From Acidobacteriota bacterium (GTDB lineage: Bacteria; Acidobacteriota; G020349885): a stretch of DNA of 64,000 nt. Positions 46,547 to 55,100 of the stretch are shown here, piece after piece. How positions within the stretch are numbered: position 1 is the stretch's first letter; each line of letters starts with the position of its first letter. Under the pieces are notes generated by a model. It searched no databases. It was not told the origin of the DNA and worked only from the letters and a program-made list of their open reading frames with translations. The stretch lies in NCBI GenBank assembly GCA_020349885.1, contig CP070701.1, positions 2,284,432-2,348,431 of the forward strand. Direction: 5' to 3'. The translations under genes and the position numbers were made by a program.

Positions 46547-47038
46547 TTATCCCGGGAGGAAGAATAGGAAGAAAAGGTGAAGAAGCCATGCGGCGAGCAT
46601 CCCAAAAACAACGCGCACCGCAAGGAGCGTCTTCCACGGCGCCCCCACCTCGCGCAGCACGGCCATCTCGATCACAAGTTCGTGGCAGATGCCGATCCCC
46701 AGGCCGAGCACCGTCACCTGCTTCCACGAGAGCGACAGATTCGCCACAATGCCCACCGTGGGGTAGAGGCTCACGAGGGCTCCGCTCGCCGCCGCGAGCG
46801 ACGCCTCGCCCGGAAGCCCCCACCAGCCCATGGCCGGAGCGAGCGCCCGTCCCAGGGCGTCGAGGGCGCCCGAGAGCCGCAGCACTTCGAGCCCCGCCGC
46901 GACGGGCACGATCACTCTTGCCAGAATCCACGTCGTCCACAGGCCCCGCATAAGGCCGTCCCGGAGCTTTTTCCGGGCCGTTCGCTCATCCTGGTCGAGC
47001 GGAGCGCCCTCGGGAAAGGAGGAGGTGGATTCGCTCAC
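46547..47038 (-). CDS. Nucleoside-recognition (Gate) domain membrane protein, SpmA-like
   Basis: ...ARVIVPVAAGLEVLRLSGALDALGRALAPAMGWWGLPGEASLAAASGAL... resembles the Gate motif. Confidence 0.4.
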   Translation of the reverse strand: MSESTSSFPEGAPLDQDERTARKKLRDGLMRGLWTTWILARVIVPVAAGLEVLRLSGALDALGRALAPAMGWWGLPGEASLAAASGALVSLYPTVGIVANLSLSWKQVTVLGLGIGICHELVIEMAVLREVGAPWKTLLAVRVVFGMLAAWLLHLFFLFFLPG

Positions 47039-47099
47039 CAGCTGCGGAGGTGGTGCGCGACGGCCGGCAGTGGGGGCCTTGCGGGCGCCACTTTTTTTC

Positions 47100-48824
47100 C
47101 TACCGAATCTCGGCGACGGGCGCGAGAAGAAGAGTCGGCTCCCGCAGGTAGGGAATCATACGGTCGGGGTCGGTCAAATCCTCGAGGGTCAATTGCGGGC
47201 GCGGCGCGACCAACTCGGCCAGGCGCTCCAGGAACGATTTCCCCTTGGGGTAGATCAGGTGCCGGAGCTCCACGTCGTCGGCGAGGTTGGCCTCCTTCCG
47301 AAGGAGCGCGAGAGCCTCGTCGTAGCCGCCGAGGGCGTCCACGAGTCCGTTTCGGAACGCCCGCTCGCCCGACCAGACGCGCCCGCGGGCGACGGCATCC
47401 ACCTCGTCGCGCGTCATGCCGCGCCCCTGCGCCACCTTGTCCGCGAACTGCCAGTAGAAATCCCACGTGTCCTTGTGCATCTTCTCGGCCTGCGCCTCGG
47501 AGAAGCGCGTCAAGCTGCTGAAGAGATTCGCGTTTTCCCCGCGCTGGATGCTCTCGTGGTTTATGCGCAGCCACTCGCGCCAGAAGCCGTCCGTGACGAA
47601 CTTGCCGTTGATGACGCCGATGGAGCCCGTCAGGGTCGCGGGCTGCGCCACAATGGTCGTCGATCCCATCGCGATGTAGTAGCCGCCCGAGGCCGCCACG
47701 TCGCTCATCGAGGCGACGACGGGAATTCCCGCGTTCCGAAGAAGCTGCGTTTCGCGCCAGACGATGTCCGAGGCGAGGCCCGAGCCCCCGGGGCTTTCGA
47801 TGCGGAAGAGGACGCCCCGTATGGAACCGTCACTTCGGATGTCGCGGAAGGCTTCGGCTATGGTGTCGCTCCCCATGCGTTTCCCGAGGATGGGATCTTC
47901 CGAGTTCTCGCCCAAAACGATCACGCCCTCGGCTACGACAATGGCAATCTTTTCTTCTCCCCAGGCGCTGTGGCCCTTGAGGTACTTGTGGATTCCTATG
48001 ATTTCAAGCTCGTCGCTTTCGGGGTCTTTGCCCTGCGCCTCCAGGACATGCGCCTCGAACTCGTCCTGATAGAGCAGGTCCGTGACGAGCCCTGCGTCCA
48101 GGGCGGGCCGGCCGAAGTAAGGCCCTTGGTCCACGAGCACGGCGGCGTCGGCCTCCTCGAAACCCCAGCGCGCGGCGATGACCCGCACCAGCTGTCCGTA
48201 CAGATCATCGAGAACGGCCGTCGTGGCCTCCCGATGGGCCTCGCTCATGGTTTCGCGCATGAAGATATCGGCGGTGTTTTTGTATTCCTCGACCTGAATC
48301 AGCTCGGGGACGATGTTGAGCCAGTTGAGGAATCTCCTGTAAAACGGGACCTCCGTGCGGAAGCCGTCGAGCAGAAGGTATCCCTGCGGCGGCATGTAAA
48401 TCTCGTCCGCCGCGAGCGCGAGGTAATACGTAGCGTCCGTCAACATCTCGCCGTAGGCGTAGACGGGCTTTTGCGTTTTGGCGCGGTAGGCCTCGAGGGC
48501 CGAGCGGATTTCCTGCACTTTGCCGAGGCCGATGTCCGGAAAGCCCACGTCGAGAATGACGCCCGCAATGCGCTCGTCCTCCGATGCCTTCTCGAGGGCG
48601 TCGAGCACCTCGCGGACGCTCAGGGGCCTCTTGCCGAGAAGCCATGCCAGCGAATCGTCCGGAACTTCTTCGGGAAGCTCGCCCTCGAGCGAGAAGAAAA
48701 GAAAACTTTCCTCCTTGACGGGAGTCTCAATCGTCAGGTAGAGCACGGCACCCAGGACGGCAACGCCCAGAGCCAACACGAGCACCAAAACCGCGAGCAC
48801 AAGCCATGTGCCTTTCCTTGCCAT
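47100..48824 (-). CDS. sppA: Signal peptide peptidase SppA (protease IV, 67K type)
   Basis: N-terminal TM. Two ClpP/crotonase-like halves. Catalytic region GGSGLASDIVWRE...VVASMSDVAASGGYYIAMG...GSIGV. Confidence 0.85.
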   Translation of the reverse strand: MARKGTWLVLAVLVLVLALGVAVLGAVLYLTIETPVKEESFLFFSLEGELPEEVPDDSLAWLLGKRPLSVREVLDALEKASEDERIAGVILDVGFPDIGLGKVQEIRSALEAYRAKTQKPVYAYGEMLTDATYYLALAADEIYMPPQGYLLLDGFRTEVPFYRRFLNWLNIVPELIQVEEYKNTADIFMRETMSEAHREATTAVLDDLYGQLVRVIAARWGFEEADAAVLVDQGPYFGRPALDAGLVTDLLYQDEFEAHVLEAQGKDPESDELEIIGIHKYLKGHSAWGEEKIAIVVAEGVIVLGENSEDPILGKRMGSDTIAEAFRDIRSDGSIRGVLFRIESPGGSGLASDIVWRETQLLRNAGIPVVASMSDVAASGGYYIAMGSTTIVAQPATLTGSIGVINGKFVTDGFWREWLRINHESIQRGENANLFSSLTRFSEAQAEKMHKDTWDFYWQFADKVAQGRGMTRDEVDAVARGRVWSGERAFRNGLVDALGGYDEALALLRKEANLADDVELRHLIYPKGKSFLERLAELVAPRPQLTLEDLTDPDRMIPYLREPTLLLAPVAEIR

Positions 48825-49163
48825 GGGAGACCTCCTGTTTGGGTCAGAATTTCGATGGTTTCATTCGCCAGCCTGCCCGGCCAAGGCCTGCCCCTCCAAG
48901 GCCCGGAGCGGCCCGGCCAGGGAGGACGAATCCGTCCTTTACGCGAATCCGCCGAGGACGGCCTCGTCTCCTATCGGGAAAGTATATTCCAATTCGGGCC
49001 CAAAGGAAAGCAGGCCGCTTTCCCGGCGTGCCAGGCTACAGCACGGCCTTTGCCGGGACGAGCGAGCTTTCGCCTCCGCGAAGCGCTCTCGCCTTCGCGA
49101 AGCGCTTCGGCGGAGCGAGGCTGCCTTGACGAGTCTTGGCGTGGGGACCGTGGAGATTTACGG

Positions 49164-49169
49164 TATAAT
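49164..49169 (+). promoter_or_regulatory. Candidate -10 hexamer TATAAT 22 nt upstream of tRNA-Met (a TTGACG lies 32 nt further upstream, which is non-canonical spacing)
   Basis: Read directly; weak support. Confidence 0.3.
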
Positions 49170-49190
49170 GAGCAAGGGAGAGAAGACGGC

Positions 49191-49262
49191 GGGCCCGTAG
49201 CTCAACGGCAGAGCCATCGGCTCATAACCGATAGGTTCCTGGTTCGAATCCAGGCGGGCCCA
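49191..49262 (+). tRNA. tRNA-Met (anticodon CAT), elongator-type or tRNA-Ile2-type
   Basis: Cloverleaf parsed by eye: acceptor GGGCCCG/CGGGCCC, D-arm GCTC-AACGGC-AGAGC, anticodon stem ATCGG/CCGAT with loop CTCATAA, T-arm CCTGG-TTCGAAT-CCAGG, discriminator A. No encoded CCA. The 1:72 pair is G-C and there is no GGG/CCC anticodon stem, so not an initiator. Confidence 0.85.
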
Positions 49263-49270
49263 TGCCCTCC

Positions 49271-51142
49271 CTAAGGGCAGGTGGGGGCTGCTTCCCGGTA
49301 AGTAAGGGTGCCGCTGACGTCGAATGTGATGGTCACGTCGTCCGCAATGCAGTTCTCCGCATACGCGCTGTCGCAATCGAAGGGAAGCAGGCGGTTGCGG
49401 TATCGGGCGGGAGAAGGAGGGCTGTCGAGCGGGCATTTGTAGTCAAGGTCGCTCAACTTGGGACTCCCAAAGGGAATCGCGTATCCGCTGAAGGGAGGCT
49501 GGGAGAGGGGGCGGACGCCGTTGTCACGGCATTTTTCCCAGCTCGTGTCGTGCGGGGCGCCGTTGCAGCAAGGCGCGGGGCCCACAAAGCAACGGCCACT
49601 GAGGATGTCGGCGGACGTGAGGCTGCTGCAGGTCTCTGCCGCCATGTCCTTCTGTGCGTCGCTTCCTCCCCCTCCTACAATTATATTGTCAGCATGGCTT
49701 ACCCCGGTACAGTGCCACTCGGGAATCAATTCATCTGTGAGGCCGTCCCCGTCGTCGTCAATACCGTTGGCACAATCGAACTCGTCTATGAAGGTGTCAC
49801 CATCGTCGTCAGTATCGTTGGTGCAATCGATGTCGGCACAATCATCGCACCCTTCATCTACGAGGCCGTCCGAGTCGTCGTCAAAACCGTTGGTACAATC
49901 GAACTCGTCTATGAAGGTGTCACCATCGTCGTCAATATCATTGGTACAATCGATGTCGGCGCAATCACCGCAAACAACGCAGGGAAGGTCGACCACGCGC
50001 GCGCAGAAGGGAAACTCTCTCAGCTCGTCCTCCATGCCCCACACCCAGGGAGGGCAGTCTGCGTAGTCACACGTATGCCGGGTCGTGCCGTCGATTAGAT
50101 TGAAGAAACCGCAGCTCTCACACCCGCTTGCTGGGGATGGGCCAAAAGTGCGCGTCAGATAATACGGGTTGCAGTAGGGGAAGAGGTCGTAGAAACGAAG
50201 CTCATACACCCAGTTGGGTCCGCAGCTCGTCGGAGAGGTGTTTGCAAAGGGGCAAAAGTTGCGCTGGACTGGGCCGCCCGGGCAGTTTGGGCCGCCTGGA
50301 TTGATGTAGGTCGGGCACCAGTTGAGGCACTGCCGGGTGGCCGTTCGATCCGGATCCCGGTCCGTGAAGGTGAAAGTGCCCGAAACGCTGTCTCCGATGA
50401 ACGTCAGATCTAGCCCCACCTGGATTCGCTCGGTCCATCCGCCCGTTAAATTCCCGCCAGGACAGAAATTGCCGCTCTGCTGGTTCGAGGCAAACCATGG
50501 GAACAGGGGGGCGCCGGATAAGAAGGCATCATATCCCGTGACTCCGGTACTCTGCGTCGCCTCTTTTTGGAACCAGAACTCCTTGTGGGGCTTTCCCTTC
50601 AGGTCCCCCTTGACCATGAAGCGGTCTGCCCCGATATTATGCGGATCGATCATATTCGAAAAGCAGGGGGTTTCCACCGTGGGAGGGGGGGGAGCGCCCT
50701 GGCTGGTCCAGCAGTCCTCGTATTCGGCACTCTCGTCCGCTTTCCTCGCAAGAAGGGTGTTGTAATCCTTCTCGGCGGGATAGAGGTCGGCGCTCGTTTT
50801 ATCGATGACCGTCACGATAAACTCATCGCCGATTTCGCAGAGTTTGAATTCCAGAACCAACTCACCTGCCATGTCGGAACGCAGGATGCATCCATCGTAG
50901 ATGGCCGGGGTTACCTTGGTTTTGGCAAGACATCCCCCCGTGCGCCGAAAGTCGGTTGTCCCGTATGGTGAGATGCGCAGCCGGACGTCGTAGTGGCGTC
51001 CGGAAAAGCAGCCCGCTCCCTCGCAGATGCTGGGGGGTATAGTCACTCCGCCGGAGCCTCCGGAGTGGCAGCGAATGAGAGTCACGGCTCCCGCCGCGAG
51101 CAAGAGAGCCCACAGAAGGCAGTAGCGCGGCCAAGCCATCAT
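49271..51142 (-). CDS. Secreted Cys-rich protein with tandem MopE-like Cys/Asp-rich putative metal/Ca-binding repeats (C.NG.DDDGDG..DE)
   Basis: Signal peptide MMAWPRYCLLWALLLAAGAVTL. 60 or more Cys residues. Repeats CTNDIDDDGDTFIDEFDCTNGFDDDSDGLVDE, duplicated once in tandem at DNA level (49741-49862 and 49864-49985). Confidence 0.6.
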   Translation of the reverse strand: MMAWPRYCLLWALLLAAGAVTLIRCHSGGSGGVTIPPSICEGAGCFSGRHYDVRLRISPYGTTDFRRTGGCLAKTKVTPAIYDGCILRSDMAGELVLEFKLCEIGDEFIVTVIDKTSADLYPAEKDYNTLLARKADESAEYEDCWTSQGAPPPPTVETPCFSNMIDPHNIGADRFMVKGDLKGKPHKEFWFQKEATQSTGVTGYDAFLSGAPLFPWFASNQQSGNFCPGGNLTGGWTERIQVGLDLTFIGDSVSGTFTFTDRDPDRTATRQCLNWCPTYINPGGPNCPGGPVQRNFCPFANTSPTSCGPNWVYELRFYDLFPYCNPYYLTRTFGPSPASGCESCGFFNLIDGTTRHTCDYADCPPWVWGMEDELREFPFCARVVDLPCVVCGDCADIDCTNDIDDDGDTFIDEFDCTNGFDDDSDGLVDEGCDDCADIDCTNDTDDDGDTFIDEFDCANGIDDDGDGLTDELIPEWHCTGVSHADNIIVGGGGSDAQKDMAAETCSSLTSADILSGRCFVGPAPCCNGAPHDTSWEKCRDNGVRPLSQPPFSGYAIPFGSPKLSDLDYKCPLDSPPSPARYRNRLLPFDCDSAYAENCIADDVTITFDVSGTLTYREAAPTCP

Positions 51143-51221
51143 TCGCTCACCTCAGTCCTGCCGGAGGCAACACGGACAACTTCGAAGTGCCTCGTGGAAG
51201 GAAAGTCATACGGAGAAAAGC

Positions 51222-51995
51222 CTACTCTTCCTCGACTTCCCCGCCGGCGCCGGGAACGGTTTCAGTTTCTTCCTCAGCTTCCTCGCCGGCGCCGGGGGCG
51301 GCTTCGGTGCTGGAAGGCGGCCGGCCGCTCGCGTACTGCTGGGCGTTGTATTGGTTGACCATCTCGGCGTAGCCATCCCACTCTTTTTGGTAGTTCTCGC
51401 GCATCTCCTCGATTTCCTTCTCCATGCGTTTCTGGAACGCGAGATTGGTTCTTCGGGAATTCGCCTCCTCCACTTTGGTGTTGATGGAGTCCACCATTTT
51501 TCGGAGCTCTTCCTCCCGGCTCAGGAGGTCCGATTTCTTGTATGCTGTGGACGCTTTTTCTTCTTCCTCTTCGCCTTCTTCGGCTTCCCAGGGCACAGGA
51601 TTTTCGCTTGCGTTGATGCGAATGTTGCGGTACTTCCGGAGCTCGTAGTTGTCGACCGTCCGCGCCGCGGGGGAGGCCGCGCTTTCCTCGCGCGGGGGCT
51701 GGGACGGCGTTGGTTCTCCCTCGGGCTTTTCGGACCGTGCGCTCCGGTCCACCACCACGACATCCGGGGCGTTGGCCTCCTCGGTGCGGCGCACGTCGAC
51801 ATGCTCGGCCGCAACGCTCACCAACTGGGCGTCGCTCGTGCGCATAATGGCAACCCCATTCTCCACGCGGAAGGGCTCCTCGGCCATGATGGCCGAGCCG
51901 TCCTTGAGGATTACCACGTAATCCGCCCGCGCGGCCCCGCTCGTGAGAAACACCGTTGCCGCCATTGCCAACCAAACCTTGGTGGATACGTTCAT
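51222..51995 (-). CDS. Secreted hypothetical protein with N-terminal beta-rich region and acidic coiled-coil C-terminus
   Basis: Start at MNVSTKVWLAMAATVFLTSGAARA (signal peptide); the TTG start at 52058 in the ORF track is less likely. EEEEE-rich C-terminal helices. Start coordinate is plus or minus 1 nt. Confidence 0.45.
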   Translation of the reverse strand: MNVSTKVWLAMAATVFLTSGAARADYVVILKDGSAIMAEEPFRVENGVAIMRTSDAQLVSVAAEHVDVRRTEEANAPDVVVVDRSARSEKPEGEPTPSQPPREESAASPAARTVDNYELRKYRNIRINASENPVPWEAEEGEEEEEKASTAYKKSDLLSREEELRKMVDSINTKVEEANSRRTNLAFQKRMEKEIEEMRENYQKEWDGYAEMVNQYNAQQYASGRPPSSTEAAPGAGEEAEEETETVPGAGGEVEEE

Positions 51996-52175
51996 AGCAA
52001 TCTCCCTTTGTCTTATGCCCCCGTCGAAGCCCCGGCCGGTCTCGACCTGTCGGGGCAAGCCGGGCGTTCTCCGCTCGTCCTAAAGGCTATAGCATAGCCT
52101 GTCCCGGGCCGAAAGTCAATAACAAAAGCGAGGCCGCACACGGACCTCGCCCCTGTCCCACAACCGCCTCCTTCC

Positions 52176-55100
52176 CTAATAGTCGCAGCTGAGCTCCTGC
52201 CACGAGAGCACGGTAATTTCGGGCCCCGCGCCCGGCCACTTCATTCCTTTCACCTTCTTGAGCTTGGCTGCATCTCCAAACTTGGTGCTGCTTACCGCCA
52301 TGATGGGCGACGTGGGGCCTGCGGTCAGGGTTTGGAACCCGATCCCGATCTCGATGGCTTGTGCCACGGTCGCGCCGGTCGGGTCGTTGCAATTCTCAAA
52401 ATTGTTCACATGTTGAAAATCCACGACGATGGCAAACGACGTGCCCACACAGGGGCCCGTGTCAGGAATTTCAATCGGGTCGTAGACCGAAAAGATGGCC
52501 GTGCCGCTTGTCCGCCCGGCTCCCCCCAGGGAAGCCTCCCGCTGGATAACGAGAAGCGGCGAGCCAGTGACGCGCGCCGATGGCGAAAGGGTACCCGTGA
52601 TCGTGGGGGCAGGATCCAGTTCATCTATGAGGCCGTCCCCGTCGTCGTCAAGGCCGTTGTCACAATCGGCTTCCCCGCATATCAGCACCTCGCCTACAAT
52701 GGCGATGTTGTCGAGGCGCACCACCCAGGCCTGACAGATGCCGTGCGATGTAGAACCTTTGGTCAGCGCGGGGTCGACGAGGTTCTCGTCCGTGACGAGA
52801 AGCACCAGGTGGGGCGCGAACTGCTCTCCGGCGACGTTCGAGTGCGTTTCCCCCCAGCCGCCCGTGGAGAACGCGACCACGTAGCGATTCGCCGAAAGGT
52901 GCCCGATGGCGGGCGTGTAGTGTATGGGCTGCGCGCCGATGGCGGTCATATTCGCGGGGTCTAACCCGTCGGTGTCGGTCCACAGGCCCTTCGTCGCACC
53001 TGGTGTGGTGCTTACCGGCACATCGCCGGGAGAGCCGATATCATCCGGGGGCGCGTTCAGGGGATCAAAGAGCTTCCACTGCTTCCAATTTTCCGCCCAG
53101 GTCCCGATGCCCCAATCGGTTCCCTCGTCGCTGATGTCGGCCGCCCAGATTCGCCCGTGGAGGTCGGCCTGGAAAAGGTGCGTCACGATGCCGTCCGGGT
53201 AAAAGGCGGCCGGGAGGCCGGCGAAGTCGGTTTCCATCATAATCACGTCGGGAAGCGTGGAGTTGGGAATTTTTGGCTTCTTGCGCTCGTCGTCGTTGTC
53301 GACCGATTCGCCCACCGAATCGTAGGACGCCTTCGTTCCGTCGGGCAGGAAATCGGCGGCGCTCTGGTGATAGGGACGGTCCCCATCGGTAGCGGGGAGT
53401 AAGGCCGGATCTTTAAAATCGTCCGAGCGTTTCAGAAGCGCACCGTCCTCGGCGCGCACAATCCAGTAGGTATTGAGCGTCTCGAGATCGCCCGCCGCGC
53501 AGGGGACTTGCCCGCAACGCGACTCCCATTCATCGGTGGAGCCGTCACCGTCGTTGTCAATGCCGTCGGTGCAGTCGGACTCGACGCAAACCCCGAACTC
53601 GGGAGGGCGGTGGTAGGAGCCGAGGGCGACGGCGAAGGTTTGGAGTTTCGGCGGCGGATCCGCTGTGCTGTTGATCGTGGGATCGTTGATAAGCCCCACG
53701 GGCACGGTGCTCCACGATTCGCCCAGGCCTTCAAAGCCCGGCTTGTCCGGGCCGATGCGCCATAGCACCTGGAAAGGTGAGTTGGTGGGATTGCCGTGCA
53801 GGGGAATAGAGAGAGGGGGGCTGGTGTTGGAGCAACTGTCGGGATAGCCAAAGCATTCGTCTTCGTCGGCCGTGAAGTCTTGGCCCTTCAGATGGTCCGT
53901 AACGGTTCGCCCGCCGGGGCCGTAGGGATGGGTCACGTCGAGGGCGTAGTAGTTGCTGCCCCCTGCGCCCTCGCCCATGAAGAGCGCCGTCGCCCATGAG
54001 CGGCAGCAGAAGAGCGGATCCCCGGAAGGGCAGTTGGGAGTCAAGGTATCATCGCAGGCGGGATCCATTTTGACGCGAATCTCGCCCACGCGCGGCGCCG
54101 CCGCAAGCCCGTAGATATGGTCGGTGAGAAAGGTATTCTGCCCGGTGGGATTTTCCATCTTGTCGAGTGCATCCTGGGTGCAGGTTAGGTAGTCGCCGCA
54201 TTCCTCGTCGATCGCGCCGTCCCCGTCGTCGTCAACACCGTTGCTACAACAATCGCCGTCGAGGACGCAGGGCGGGGGCGGGTCGTTCTCGTTGTCGAGG
54301 CACACTTCGAGGGACGCGTCGTAGGCGTCCTTGAAGCTGCAGTACAGCCGCGCCGCGTTGTCGATCTGCGTAGGCGGCAGGTAGGCCCACACCTCGTAGC
54401 CGTCGACGGAGTCGAACGCATGGAGAAGACCGTCGTTCGCGGGAGCATAGATGATCGGGTGGCGGTTTTCGTATTTGTCGTCGAACGCCTCCTTATTGGC
54501 GGCCGTCCCCATAAGAAAGTCGAGCGGTCTCTGAACCAGGACGGGCGAGACGTTCACCACGTCGCCCAGAATCCACGGCCTCTGGAGGTGCCCCACCGCG
54601 GAATTCACCCGGCCGTCGAATCCCTTGATGAAATCGATAAGTTCATAGATGTTAATTTTCGAGCAGTCGTCTGTGGTTTCTTCACCGGCGACAGCCGTGA
54701 AGCCGTCCTTGGGAAAGCTGACGAGGCCTTTTGCTGCCATGTCGTTGAAACTTTTTGCAAGCGAGCTCCAATTTGCATCATTGATTGGGAAGAGCTTGTG
54801 CGCAGGCGAAGTGGAATTAAACTCGCTTGACCAGATGGCGCGCGGGTCGGCGCTAAGGTCGCGGCTTGTGAACCCATGGGCGGGGTATGTGGTAGGATCC
54901 TGGTAGGGGGGGGCCGTTCCGTTGTCGCCGCCCGCGTCCCAGAGCTCCTCGGGTTCATCCGGTCGGAGGTCGAAGGCGCGCAGGTGGCCTCTCCAGCCGG
55001 GGAACTCCGCCGAGGTAAGAAGGCCGACGTATTGATCATCTCCCGTCGCGCTGATGGTGGGGGTTACCGTGGGCGGCGCCGTCACGAGATCGCCCTGCGC

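Noticed and set aside
47035-47574. ORFs antisense to sppA and across the sppA/Gate-protein junction (for example 46577-47521, 314 aa)
   Set aside because: Low-complexity Arg/Pro-rich; sppA and the Gate-like proteins are supported on the other strand.
49127-49132. TTGACG as -35 for the tRNA-Met promoter
   Set aside because: Lies 32 nt upstream of the TATAAT, which is non-canonical spacing; only the -10 is reported, with low confidence.
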